DNA from: Candidatus Heimdallarchaeota archaeon
GTDB taxonomy: Archaea; Asgardarchaeota; Heimdallarchaeia; Heimdallarchaeales; Heimdallarchaeaceae
NCBI GenBank assembly: GCA_019057375.1
Contig: DXJF01000114.1
Span: 1 to 64,000 of the forward strand
Reading direction: 5' to 3'
Length of the DNA: 64,000 nucleotides
Shown here one piece after another: positions 19,819 to 30,352 of this stretch (position 1 is its first letter; each line of letters starts with the position of its first letter). Position numbers and translations under genes: made by a program. Under the pieces are notes generated by a model. The model was given only the letters and a program-made list of their open reading frames with translations. It ran no database searches and was not told the DNA's origin.

Positions 19819-20943
19819 TTAAGCAAGGAGCAATTCTCTTCTTGCTTTTTCAAGAACTTGTGATATCATAAAGTCCTCAGAATCTTTCCAAGATTGCTCT
19901 ATAAAGGAGTAATTATCTGGATTAAATTCTTTTGTAACAGTTGTGTGCGGATCTAACATCATAATTTTAAGATCAGGGAACAATGACCATAAAATGTTGA
20001 ATAACTCTAATTTCTCCTTTGGAGGCAGTAATATTTTCCACAAGAACCCTCTTACTGTTTCACGAAAATCGGATTCAAATGGTAGAGTTAATTCACGAAG
20101 TAGATAAACTATCTTGGACATCGCTCTTTGACTACATATGGCTTTGAAAACTAACTCATCTTCTAATCCAAAAAATGATCTATCAAATTCTACCAAATAA
20201 TTGCGTATAACATTTTTACTCAGGAATTTCTTTCGTCGTGATAAAGTATATTGTGGCACATCTAGCTGCTTTGAAACATCAGCATACTTTTGAGTTGGAT
20301 CATGCACTAACTCTTTTAAAACTTGAAAATCAAGATATTTGAGCTGATTAAGAACATTTTTTGGTTTTTCTCTTGATATCTTTTGATAATAATCAAATTT
20401 TGAAACATAATCAACTACATCAATATTTTTCTTCCACATATCCCATTTAAAGAACCATTTACTATTAGAGGGGTCCCAATATGAAAGATCAATTCTAGTT
20501 TTAATTCCTTGACCAATAGTTGAGGAATGGACTATTTCTTCTACTAAATCACTGTCAGCCAAATAGTTAAGAAAATTATTGAAATTATTTAGAGAGCCTA
20601 TAGGAATATGAATTTTTAGAAAAATACCTGTAATTCCACCATAGCACCTTTGTCGAACTACCAAATATGGATGGAAATCTAGAATCTTTTCAACAATCAA
20701 ATACTTGTCTATGGAATTGATTTTTAAAAGATAGATATGGCTTTCCAAACCTAATGATTCAGGATGATATTCTGCATGAAAACTACTAATTACATTTTCT
20801 TCTAGAAGCGAATCAATGCGTTTTTTAACTGTTGGTGAGGACAATTTGATTTTTTCTGCCAATCTACTGTAAGGTATAATTGGATCTTTCAATATATGCT
20901 GAAGTATAAGATATTCATCATTTCTAAGACTCAATGTATTCAA
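19819..20943 (-). CDS. Lrp/AsnC-like regulator with two HTH modules
   Basis: HTHs at PYSRLAEKIKLSSPTVKKRI and KYADVSKQLDVPQYTLSRR. Confidence 0.7.
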   Translation of the reverse strand: MNTLSLRNDEYLILQHILKDPIIPYSRLAEKIKLSSPTVKKRIDSLLEENVISSFHAEYHPESLGLESHIYLLKINSIDKYLIVEKILDFHPYLVVRQRCYGGITGIFLKIHIPIGSLNNFNNFLNYLADSDLVEEIVHSSTIGQGIKTRIDLSYWDPSNSKWFFKWDMWKKNIDVVDYVSKFDYYQKISREKPKNVLNQLKYLDFQVLKELVHDPTQKYADVSKQLDVPQYTLSRRKKFLSKNVIRNYLVEFDRSFFGLEDELVFKAICSQRAMSKIVYLLRELTLPFESDFRETVRGFLWKILLPPKEKLELFNILWSLFPDLKIMMLDPHTTVTKEFNPDNYSFIEQSWKDSEDFMISQVLEKARRELLLA

Positions 20944-21002
20944 TAAAATCTAATGCAATGTAGTTAAAAAATATTCGTTTAAAAAAAAGAAAGAATGAGC
21001 GG

Positions 21003-21914
21003 TTATTTTTTCTTTCTTCTAAGAACTAAACCGCTAGATATTAACGAAACTGCCACAATTGGAATCATCCACGGAAAGTTTGTTTCTGTTGGGGTTGGGG
21101 TTGGGGTTGGAGTTGGTGTATATGGTGGAGGTGGTATGTAAAGACCATATTTGACATCTACATCAAAATTATCCACATATCCATACTGTTCAGCCATTGA
21201 ACGAATAGTTATTTTGAAATAATCAAACAATCCTGATGTTGCATTGTAAGCTATTGTAGCATTAAATTTGAAGTCTGTTATGTTTGTAGGAAATGTAAAT
21301 CCCAATTCACTAGTATCAATTCCTGCCATCAAACCAGTTAGAGTTGTTTCATTTAATACTGTAGCAAACAAGTCTAACTTACCATACAAATAATCTTCAT
21401 TATAAATTGAATATACATCCATATAGGTAATGTTTCCAAAATCTGTCATGTTAAACAATAGATTTCCTAGCATCAAATTGAGATCAGTCTCATTGATAAA
21501 TTGACCAAAAGCAGCTAAATAATCAGGTATCGAACCGCCGTATGATAATGGTAGAGCTATTGGCAATCCTTGAGGCATGACAAAAGTAACACCTTCAGCT
21601 ACTTCAACTGGTACAAAAACAGTTGAATTAGGAGTAATTGTACCTTCAAAATCAATCGTATTATAACTATATCCTGTATCGTTGGAATCTGTAAATACAA
21701 TTTTCATAGTTGTATTTTGTTTCAATGCTTGGACATAATCTGTATCATACATGTTTAGTTGTTTCAACTCGAATGCATAGGTCTTATCAGTCTCAAACCC
21801 CCAGGTAGCGTTGGCTTTCACAGGTGATATGAGAGCCATTGAGAAGATAAGTAAAAGAACCCCGCTTGATAATATTAAATTTCTTTTCATTTTATCACCG
21901 GTTAAGCATTCCAC
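21003..21914 (-). CDS. Secreted surface protein with PT linker and C-terminal anchor
   Basis: Signal peptide; (PT)n linker; TM plus RRKKK. Confidence 0.7.
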   Translation of the reverse strand: MECLTGDKMKRNLILSSGVLLLIFSMALISPVKANATWGFETDKTYAFELKQLNMYDTDYVQALKQNTTMKIVFTDSNDTGYSYNTIDFEGTITPNSTVFVPVEVAEGVTFVMPQGLPIALPLSYGGSIPDYLAAFGQFINETDLNLMLGNLLFNMTDFGNITYMDVYSIYNEDYLYGKLDLFATVLNETTLTGLMAGIDTSELGFTFPTNITDFKFNATIAYNATSGLFDYFKITIRSMAEQYGYVDNFDVDVKYGLYIPPPPYTPTPTPTPTPTETNFPWMIPIVAVSLISSGLVLRRKKK

Positions 21915-22039
21915 TTAACTACGTAAAATACCATATTTTCATTTATATACTATTCCTTAATACTAAATATCCCATCACTTCGAAAAAAACCGAACTAAGC
22001 CTTTTTTGTGATTCTTAATCTACCAAAAGGGAGTAACTT

Positions 22040-23851
22040 TCAGTCTTCGTATGGAGATTTATGTAAAGATTTTTGAGCTAATGATAAAATCTGGCTTACA
22101 ATCTCTTCGTTTACTGATAATAGTTTCTTTAAATCTTCAACTTCCGCTTTAGCAATTTCATTAATACTTCCATACTCCAACATTAGTTTTTGTACCTTAG
22201 TTTTACCTATACCTTTTATTTTTTCAAAAATGGAATCTTTAATACTTCTTGATCGCAGGATTTTATGATAGTTTATAGCAAATCTATGAGCTTCATCTCT
22301 GACATTCTGAACCAGTTTCAAAACTGGTGAATTTTGTTCAATTTCAATTGATTCATCTGACCACTCAACAAAAATTTCTTCATTTTTCTTAGCAATACTA
22401 ACAATAGGAACAGACATTTTCAGTTTCTTTAGCACTTTTACTGCAATATTTAACTGTCCTTTTCCACCATCAATTATTAGAAGATTAGGTTTAGGGTCTG
22501 ATTTCAATGTTTCAGAACTATATCTTCGACCAATTACTTCCTCCATCATTGCATAATCATTTGGTTCTGTATACGTTTTTCTAATTCTAAAACGTCTATA
22601 CAATTTCTTCTGAGGAACACCATTTTCAAAAACCACACAAGACCCTACAGAATGCTCTCCTTTAAGTGTAGAAATATCAAACCCATGTATTATAATTGGT
22701 TTCTTTGTTAATTGAAGATCATTTTTCATTTCGTCTAATATCTTCTCAAAGTCCTTTTGATATTGGGTATCTCTTTTGAATTTTTGTAACTCGTTTCGAG
22801 CGTTTTTTTCTGCAATTTCAATTAGTTGTTTCGCAATAGTTGTTTTGAATGTTCTAATGTTGAAATCCTTTGTTTCGAGAAAACGTTCTGTGAATGCTGG
22901 ACCCACTAGAATACTGTATTTGGGTTTTTCTTCACCATAGATGAAGGTAATAACTTCTCCTGTGGTTCTAAGAGGATGGCCTTCCTCTCTTGAATAAAGG
23001 TAGTTAGTGATATTGTGTATACGATGATTTCGCATCTCCAATTTACTTAATGCTAAGTCATCTTCATATTCGTTAAACGCCAATACATCAATATTGCTTT
23101 GCTTAGAATGCAAATCATCTTGAATATTCAAAATTGTTCGAACAGCTTGAGTTAAATCACGTAGATTAGCTGCTTTCTCAAAATTAGATTCTTGAGAGGC
23201 TGACCACATTTCTTCCTCAATACTATCTAATAAATCTGCTACATTTCCTTTCAGAAAGGATATAACATTTTTCACGATTTTTCCGTATTCCTCAGGAGAT
23301 AAATTGTTCTTATATGGTGATAAACATCTTCCCAACCTTTCTCTCATACATCTAGCAGATGAACCTTTTTTGGCTAAACGTTCCATTGTTTTTCCACAAT
23401 TGCATATAGGAAATAATCTTACAACTAGTTTAGCAGTTTGTTTTACCATTGTATCCTTTGGAAAAGGACCAAAGTAAACACTCTTGCTGACTCTTTGATC
23501 TGTTTCTCTTGCAAACAAAAGCTGAGGATATTCCTCTTCCATAGTTATTCTGATTAGCAAATGCGATTTGTCGTCTTTCAACATACTGTTCAATTTCGGA
23601 GACAGTTGTTTAACCAATTTTTTCTCTAAAATCAGAGCTTCAGATTCATTTCTAGTAATAATCCAATCAACACGATGTGCTAGTTCCTGTAATTTATCTT
23701 CTTTAAGATCAACAGTTGTTTGAAAATGTTGTTTTACTCGATTCCTGAGATTCTTAGCTTTCCCTACATAGATTACTTTCTCATCTTTATCTTTTACCAG
23801 ATAAACCCCTGGCTCAACAGGGATTTCTTCAAGATCAGAAAAAAGACTCAT
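22040..23851 (-). CDS. uvrC: Excinuclease ABC subunit C
   Basis: GIY-YIG (GVY...YVGKAKNLRNRV), FDIS, IDGGKGQL, RDEAHRFA and HhH. Confidence 0.95.
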   Translation of the reverse strand: MSLFSDLEEIPVEPGVYLVKDKDEKVIYVGKAKNLRNRVKQHFQTTVDLKEDKLQELAHRVDWIITRNESEALILEKKLVKQLSPKLNSMLKDDKSHLLIRITMEEEYPQLLFARETDQRVSKSVYFGPFPKDTMVKQTAKLVVRLFPICNCGKTMERLAKKGSSARCMRERLGRCLSPYKNNLSPEEYGKIVKNVISFLKGNVADLLDSIEEEMWSASQESNFEKAANLRDLTQAVRTILNIQDDLHSKQSNIDVLAFNEYEDDLALSKLEMRNHRIHNITNYLYSREEGHPLRTTGEVITFIYGEEKPKYSILVGPAFTERFLETKDFNIRTFKTTIAKQLIEIAEKNARNELQKFKRDTQYQKDFEKILDEMKNDLQLTKKPIIIHGFDISTLKGEHSVGSCVVFENGVPQKKLYRRFRIRKTYTEPNDYAMMEEVIGRRYSSETLKSDPKPNLLIIDGGKGQLNIAVKVLKKLKMSVPIVSIAKKNEEIFVEWSDESIEIEQNSPVLKLVQNVRDEAHRFAINYHKILRSRSIKDSIFEKIKGIGKTKVQKLMLEYGSINEIAKAEVEDLKKLLSVNEEIVSQILSLAQKSLHKSPYED

Positions 23852-25824
23852 CTAGTTTCCACCATTTTCTCAAGTTCTTTAATTTTATCACGATAAAGTG
23901 CAGCTTTTTCAAAATCTAAAGCTCCTGCTGCTTCAGCCATTTTTTCCTTCAAATCATCAATTACATAAAGAATATCTTGACTGGTAAAATCATCTGGAAC
24001 TTCTATTTTCTCCTCCTCTTTAGGATCAATTTGCATCAATGTCTCAACGATAGATCTTATTTCTTTACGAATTGTTGTAGGTGTGATACCATGTTTTTCA
24101 TTATATTCTTGTTGAATCCTTCTTCTTCTATTATTCTCTGTTATAGCTTCTTTCATTGAATCTGTAAGATTATCAGCAAATAAAATAACACTGCCGTGAA
24201 CATTTCTACTAGCTCGACCCATAAGTTGGATTAACGAACCTTTAGATCTTAGAAATCCTTCTTTATCTGCATCAAGTATTGCAATCAGAGCTACTTCTGG
24301 AAGATCCAATCCTTCTCTTAGAAGGTTTATTCCGACAACTACATCATATTTTCCTAATCTAAGATCTCTTAATATCTCGATTCGATCTAAAGTGTCTACC
24401 TCATGATGTAAATATACTGACTTTATTTTCATTTCCAGAAGATAGTCAGATAGCATCTCTGCACTCTTTTTAGTTATTGTTGTAACCAAGACTCTTTCTC
24501 CCTTACTTACTCTTTGGTTTATCTCGCTTACAAGACCAGTTATTTGTCCATCAGTTCCTCTTACTTCTATCTTTGGATCTACAAGACCAGTTGGACGAAT
24601 AATCTGTTCTACAATCTGCTCAGATACATCATATTCATAATTTCGAGGAGTGGCACTTGTGAAAACAACGTTGTGCATATATTTCTCCGTTTCTTCGAAT
24701 CTGAAAGGACGATTATCAAATGCAGAAGGAAGTCTGAAACCATGCTCAATTAGATTCTTCTTTCTTGAGTAATCTCCACCATACATTCCACGAAGTTGAG
24801 GGATAGTTAAATGTGATTCATCAATGATAAACAAGAAATCTTCGGGGAAGTGGTCAAGCAAAGCAAAGGGTTTTTCACCAGGTTTTCTTCTATCAAAATG
24901 ACGGGAGTAGTTTTCTATTCCAGAGCAGCCACCTGTTTCTCTTAATAACTCCAAATCATATAGTGTCTTCTGCCTCAATCGATGTCTCTCTACTACTTTG
25001 TCATCCTTTTCAAACTCAGCCAAACGCATATCTAATTCCATCTTTATGTCTTCAAGAGCTGATTCAAAGAAAGCATCATTTGCAAGGTATTGGGTTCCCG
25101 GATAAATTAACATTGCTTCATATTCTTTCATCATTTCTCCTGTAACTGAATGTCTAGAAGTTAAACGTTCTATCTCGTCTCCAAAGAACTCAATACGATA
25201 AGCATAATCGCTATATAATGGAAAAATATCAATAGAATCACCTCTAACTCTGAAAGTTTTACGATCCAGAATCACATCATTCCTTTCGTATTGGTTTTTG
25301 ACTAATTCTAACATCAAATCCTGTCTATCTAAAGTATCACCTACTTTCAAAGCTATTCTTCTAGAACGATATACATCAGGAGGACCAGTACCATAAATAC
25401 AAGAAACAGTTGCACAAACAATTACATCGTCACGAGTAGCTAAAGCTTCAAGAGTTGTATGACGTAAACGCTCAATTTCGCGATTTATATCAACATCTTT
25501 CTCAATGTAAAGATCTTTAGAAGGGAGATAGGCTTCTGGTTGATAGTAATCATAAAAACTGACATAATAGCACACTGCTGCAGAAGGAAACAAGGTTTTA
25601 AATTCACCAAAAAGCTGTGCAACAAGAGTTTTGTTAGGACCCATAATCAAAGTAGGTTTCTTGATTTTATCAATAACAGAAGCCATGGTAAAAGTTTTTC
25701 CAGAGCCAGTAACACCTAGAAGTGTTTGATGTTTATGCCCTTTGTTTATTCCTTCAATCAATTGAGCTATTGCTTTAGGTTGATCTCCCTTTGGAGTGAA
25801 AGGTGTATCTAAATCTAATGGCAT
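23848..25824 (-). CDS. uvrB: Excinuclease ABC subunit B
   Basis: GDQPKAI, GVTGSGKTFT, YYDYYQPEAY, DESH, NLLREGLDLPEV and the C-terminal UVR domain. Confidence 0.97.
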   Translation of the reverse strand: MPLDLDTPFTPKGDQPKAIAQLIEGINKGHKHQTLLGVTGSGKTFTMASVIDKIKKPTLIMGPNKTLVAQLFGEFKTLFPSAAVCYYVSFYDYYQPEAYLPSKDLYIEKDVDINREIERLRHTTLEALATRDDVIVCATVSCIYGTGPPDVYRSRRIALKVGDTLDRQDLMLELVKNQYERNDVILDRKTFRVRGDSIDIFPLYSDYAYRIEFFGDEIERLTSRHSVTGEMMKEYEAMLIYPGTQYLANDAFFESALEDIKMELDMRLAEFEKDDKVVERHRLRQKTLYDLELLRETGGCSGIENYSRHFDRRKPGEKPFALLDHFPEDFLFIIDESHLTIPQLRGMYGGDYSRKKNLIEHGFRLPSAFDNRPFRFEETEKYMHNVVFTSATPRNYEYDVSEQIVEQIIRPTGLVDPKIEVRGTDGQITGLVSEINQRVSKGERVLVTTITKKSAEMLSDYLLEMKIKSVYLHHEVDTLDRIEILRDLRLGKYDVVVGINLLREGLDLPEVALIAILDADKEGFLRSKGSLIQLMGRASRNVHGSVILFADNLTDSMKEAITENNRRRRIQQEYNEKHGITPTTIRKEIRSIVETLMQIDPKEEEKIEVPDDFTSQDILYVIDDLKEKMAEAAGALDFEKAALYRDKIKELEKMVETR

Positions 25825-26031
25825 TCTTGTTTCTCCTATCTTTTAATTGTTAAAAAGTATGTTTATTAGTCAGAAAGATTTCATTTTAAAAACTAGGAAA
25901 AAGAGAAACTAACTTTTACATTCTGAATTTTTATCTGGATCAAGTTATGTAAGTTTTATTCTAACAAGCAGTACAAATGTATCAGCCGTGTAATACAACA
26001 TATAAAGAAGTGAAATCTTGATTCTCAGTAT

Positions 26032-26241
26032 ATGGAATTCAGAAATTATTTTGATGTTCCACGTGAAGAAATCGATGAAAAAGGTGTTATGAGTTACCTT
26101 GAGAGTCTTTATAGGAAAATCGGAGCTCCAAAGGGAAGGATAAGGGCTTGGTACTCTTTACCTCACGAGGATAAAGGGATAAAAAGAATTTGCGTCTTTT
26201 ATTCTGTTGATGAAATTCAAGAGAAGCAAGCAGTTAGATAA
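26032..26241 (+). CDS. Small hypothetical protein
   Basis: 69-aa ATG-initiated ORF in an intergenic gap; protein-like composition. Confidence 0.5.
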   Translation: MEFRNYFDVPREEIDEKGVMSYLESLYRKIGAPKGRIRAWYSLPHEDKGIKRICVFYSVDEIQEKQAVR

Positions 26242-26326
26242 TATCAGTTCTTTCATACAATGTGCAAAGGGCACAAATAGCAATTTTGTCGGTCTTAAAT
26301 ACTGAAATATTTATTTTAAAACAAGT

Positions 26327-26587
26327 ATGGTTTCAACTATTAGTACAAAACAACTCGTTTTAGATGAGTTAAAGTTTATACTACCTCATCAAAAAAGAGC
26401 TCTTCTTCTGTTAGAATCGGATATTATTAGGGAAAGAATGAAGGGATATGCATTGCTAACTACATGTTTCCAGATGAGTTCTCGTGATATTCAAAACCAT
26501 ATTCGTAATAGATGGAAAGAGGAAAAAGATTTGAAAGATATAAAAAAAGCATTTATCGAGTATTGTGAACAAACATTTCAAAGATAG
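26327..26587 (+). CDS. Small hypothetical protein
   Basis: 86-aa ORF, helical and charged. Confidence 0.5.
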   Translation: MVSTISTKQLVLDELKFILPHQKRALLLLESDIIRERMKGYALLTTCFQMSSRDIQNHIRNRWKEEKDLKDIKKAFIEYCEQTFQR

Positions 26588-26592
26588 ATGCA

Positions 26593-27366
26593 TCAGTTGT
26601 TTTCTTCTTGCAAGGGAAAGTAAACAGGAAATATAAGACGAGCAAAATTTTGGTACATTTCAACACTATAATCTTTCTGTTCGATTAATCCTTCCAGTTT
26701 TACGATTTCAGATTCAGTATAACCTCTCATATCTGGAAATTCACTTTGGTTACCATAATCCATAATTTTGCAAATTATTTCACCGACTTGCTCTAATTCT
26801 AGATATGATTCGATTAGGATATGAATGTGGGGAGTTAGTTTATCTGATTGCTCTTCCTCTTTAACTGAATCAGCTATTCTTACTGCAGAAAGGATTGCAG
26901 CTCTTCTTGTAATGTAGTCCTTTGCATAAACTACATTCTTCAATGGATAAAGAACGTCTGCATCATCTAAGTAACCTATCGCCCTAATTGCTGCATACTG
27001 AAGGTCATAATCACTTTCTTCTAGTATTTTTACCAAATAAGGTTTGGACGCATAATCCTTTAAATGACCTAAAACTTCCAAAGTGGATAGTTTAATCGCC
27101 AATGAACTTTGTTCTATAAGATCATGAAGAAAGCTTAAGATTTTCTCTTTAAGCTCTGGAAATTTTGAAGCATATTCAACTAGGGTTGAAGCTGCGGCAT
27201 TTCTTACATTCCAGTCAGAATCTTCTATTAGTGGATAAACTTTGTTGATTCTCTTTGCTTTACCATTCTTCTGTAAGAATAAAGCAAAATTAGCTCGATC
27301 TAGGGGATCGTCGCTTTTTTGTTTTCTACCTATGAATAAACCTCTAAAGAAATCTACTAAACTCAT
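26593..27366 (-). CDS. HEAT-repeat protein
   Basis: Repeats such as DSDWNVRNAAASTL and ESDYDLQYAAIRAIG. Confidence 0.8.
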   Translation of the reverse strand: MSLVDFFRGLFIGRKQKSDDPLDRANFALFLQKNGKAKRINKVYPLIEDSDWNVRNAAASTLVEYASKFPELKEKILSFLHDLIEQSSLAIKLSTLEVLGHLKDYASKPYLVKILEESDYDLQYAAIRAIGYLDDADVLYPLKNVVYAKDYITRRAAILSAVRIADSVKEEEQSDKLTPHIHILIESYLELEQVGEIICKIMDYGNQSEFPDMRGYTESEIVKLEGLIEQKDYSVEMYQNFARLIFPVYFPLQEENN

Positions 27367-28967
27367 AATTCAAACAACCCCTCTTTAATGAGATAACTTA
27401 TAGCTCCTCTTTGTGGTTGAGTTAGCTTTCTAAGAAATGTATAATCTATTTTTCTAACTTCAAACCTTTCTTCCTTTTCTTCATCTAAATCAAACTTGTA
27501 AGCATCCTTCCTTTTTGTAACTTGAACAGCTCTTGTAACTACAGGAAGGTTATATGGCGATAAAGATTTGTACTTTGCTTTATGAACTGCAAATAAGGTT
27601 GCAACATGAATTCCCCCTATTTTCTTGAAAACGATAATATCCGCAAAAGCTGGAAGGATTGTTTTGAAATCGTCTCTATACAAAGCCATATGATTATGTA
27701 AAATGACTAACTGATCAATTCCTACACCGTACTCGTTGGCTTCAAACACATATACCTTCTTATCATCTACTTTTACATATCCTTTTGAGGAAATTCTAGG
27801 ATTATCATCAAGTAGTTGCCCAAAGGTGGAATATTTTCTTCTAAACACCTTACTTACGTATTCTTCAATTTGTCTCCACCCATATGCATAAACAGACCAA
27901 ATATCAGTCCATCTGCTTCTGGATGAGTGCCAATGTTCAACTACAAACTCAGAGTGAGCGTTTTTGTTAACAGCTTGTAAATCCTTAATCTCATTCCATG
28001 AAAACTCTTCAAGGAATTCTAAATCAGACTTAAATGAGAAAAGCTTCTGAAATACTGTTTCCTCATCACTGTACTTTGCAACTAGTTTATTCATCGCAGC
28101 AAGACTAAATTCACCTATAGGAGGTGCAAGGAAAGCTTTCAATTCTTTAGGATAGATAATTGTTTTATCTTCGTGTCTTTTTGGAAGCTTATACTCATCT
28201 TTCTCTAGTAAATAATTAATTGCTTTTTTCTGAATGTAATGTGCAAAGCCCTCACCTATAAGTTCATGGAGATTCTTTTTTCTTGCAACCTTAGCCCTTT
28301 CATTTATCAGATTAACTGCTTCTATTGAAAAATTATTGAAAAGAGTATATTTCCGAGCATCTTCTGGGGGAGTATAGAAATCTTCTACTCCTGCTTCTGT
28401 AAATAATCGAATTACACCTATCAAATCTTGGAAGTATTGCCAAGCCCAAACATGTTTATTTTGTGAAGCCTTGTTCAATTGAAATACATTGTTTGTCATT
28501 AGTTCTTTTAGAACTAAATCTAATTGGTATAATTGTGCTAAAATTCCTGGTGAGTTAGACTCAGTTTTTTCATTCATATAAGCATGAGCAAATGCATGTA
28601 TCAACATAACTCTTAGAGTTAATTCTTGTTCTTTAGTAAGTTCTTTTGGAGGAACAGAAAGATAAACAAGAGTTGGTAAAGAGTTATAGACAGTTTCCTT
28701 TCCAGTTGGAAGGAAATCACTAATCCTAGCTGACCGAAGGTTTGTAATTTGTTCAGAAGTGAGTATAGCTTGTGGAGTTCCTGTTACCTCTACAACTCTA
28801 TTAACAGAAATATGCATCTCAGGATTAATGAAAATTAATATTCTATAATTCTCAGGTGTTGCTCCAATAAGAGTTTTAAAGTCAACTCTTGCATTGTTGT
28901 AAACTTGGATTACGTCACTAAGTTCTTCTTTAAGCATGAAATATACTCTCCCGTAGTATTTGCTCAC
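27363..28967 (-). CDS. Hypothetical protein with degenerate zincin-like motif
   Basis: LIHAFAHAY (HExxH with E replaced by A) and a distal EGFA. Confidence 0.5.
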   Translation of the reverse strand: MSKYYGRVYFMLKEELSDVIQVYNNARVDFKTLIGATPENYRILIFINPEMHISVNRVVEVTGTPQAILTSEQITNLRSARISDFLPTGKETVYNSLPTLVYLSVPPKELTKEQELTLRVMLIHAFAHAYMNEKTESNSPGILAQLYQLDLVLKELMTNNVFQLNKASQNKHVWAWQYFQDLIGVIRLFTEAGVEDFYTPPEDARKYTLFNNFSIEAVNLINERAKVARKKNLHELIGEGFAHYIQKKAINYLLEKDEYKLPKRHEDKTIIYPKELKAFLAPPIGEFSLAAMNKLVAKYSDEETVFQKLFSFKSDLEFLEEFSWNEIKDLQAVNKNAHSEFVVEHWHSSRSRWTDIWSVYAYGWRQIEEYVSKVFRRKYSTFGQLLDDNPRISSKGYVKVDDKKVYVFEANEYGVGIDQLVILHNHMALYRDDFKTILPAFADIIVFKKIGGIHVATLFAVHKAKYKSLSPYNLPVVTRAVQVTKRKDAYKFDLDEEKEERFEVRKIDYTFLRKLTQPQRGAISYLIKEGLFEL

Positions 28968-30315
28968 CCAAATTCTTTATTTGAGCAGGATCTATTAAGA
29001 TGGGTTTGGTAATACCTTTGAGCATTCTTTTTGTATGGATATAGATCTCTTTGTTCCTTAGAGCCTCAGTTCCCATTAAGAAGTAAGAAATGTTCCAATT
29101 CCTAGAACGATCAGCCTTTAAAGAGCTGAATATTGCATTTAATTGTTGCAAACATTCTCGTGTATCTGCATTTGTTTTTGTTTCAACCTCATCGAAGTAT
29201 TTCTTAAGTTCTTGACTTTTTTTGAAACTAAATGGATAGACAGGAACATTAGGCATACCATCTGTTACTATAGTAAATTGAACATCAATATCTTTGTCTG
29301 TATACTGTTTCTTTGCGTGTTCAATAGCTTTTAGAATGCTCTGAACCATGTGTGTCTTTCCTCGTGCTTCAGCAGTGAGAAGAAGTTGTTCCATTTTCTT
29401 ATCATCATCAACTACAAGGGGGTTTTTAATTATAGGAACAACAGCTAGCTTAAACATATCAAATCGCTTTCTTTTTCTTCTATTAATCATTTTGAAATAA
29501 TAATAGAGACTAAGACTTGTTAAAAGAGCTCCATCCAATCTAGACATTTTTCCTTCAAACACGGTTTTTCTCATGGATTGACTCATATCAACTATCAGAT
29601 AAACTAAGGAACGACGATCCTTCTTTATCCTCATAATATCTTCTTGTTTGACTTCTGTTGGAGGGATAGCTTGAGAACTAAGAATAGCACTCTTGTAGGT
29701 CTCTTTCAAACGAATTGTACCATGTGGTCTTTTTTGAACTTCATCAATAGGTGCAACAGAAATCTGTTTTATTAGATATCTACCTAAAATCTTTCCAAGG
29801 AGATCCATAACACTTTCTCGAGAAATTCTTTTCTTCCTACCAAATGCGTCAGTAATTTCTATATCCACTATTTCAGTTAATTGACTTAATTTCTCTGCTA
29901 ATTGTTGAAGATCTACAGTTCCTTCTTGTTTAAGTTCTTTCAAAAGATCTTGAATATATTTGAGAATTTCCTCAACAGTCTGTAACTCGTTTCGGTTAAC
30001 TCTCTCCAGAACATCGGGTAAAATTCGTTCTCCAATGAATCGAAGGAGTTTCATTTCATTAACCAAACGTTCTTCTTCTTCAGATATTAGAAAAGTGTTC
30101 ATGATTTTCTGAACAATATTGTCTACGGCAACAGCATTTTTCGCTGCAATAGATAAGACTGCACCTTCACGAGAACTTCTTCCAAGATGCGGATTCCTCC
30201 ATAAGCGTAGTACTTGTGCTGCATCCTCGAATTCTAATACAAATTCTTGATTAGAATAATGCTGCAAGGGATCAGCAAATTCTGCTTCTGTTACGAAATA
30301 TATTCGATGGGGCAT
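28930..30315 (-). CDS. vWA (MIDAS) domain protein
   Basis: LIVDMSQSM (DxSxS), GKT and IVTDG. Confidence 0.85.
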   Translation of the reverse strand: MPHRIYFVTEAEFADPLQHYSNQEFVLEFEDAAQVLRLWRNPHLGRSSREGAVLSIAAKNAVAVDNIVQKIMNTFLISEEEERLVNEMKLLRFIGERILPDVLERVNRNELQTVEEILKYIQDLLKELKQEGTVDLQQLAEKLSQLTEIVDIEITDAFGRKKRISRESVMDLLGKILGRYLIKQISVAPIDEVQKRPHGTIRLKETYKSAILSSQAIPPTEVKQEDIMRIKKDRRSLVYLIVDMSQSMRKTVFEGKMSRLDGALLTSLSLYYYFKMINRRKRKRFDMFKLAVVPIIKNPLVVDDDKKMEQLLLTAEARGKTHMVQSILKAIEHAKKQYTDKDIDVQFTIVTDGMPNVPVYPFSFKKSQELKKYFDEVETKTNADTRECLQQLNAIFSSLKADRSRNWNISYFLMGTEALRNKEIYIHTKRMLKGITKPILIDPAQIKNLGEQILRESIFHA

Positions 30316-30352
30316 TTTATCATCTCTAAAAGTTACTAGGAGAGTTTTAAGA

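Noticed and set aside
21085-21135. GGGGTT tandem repeat
   Set aside because: Simply encodes the (PT)n linker of the surface protein.
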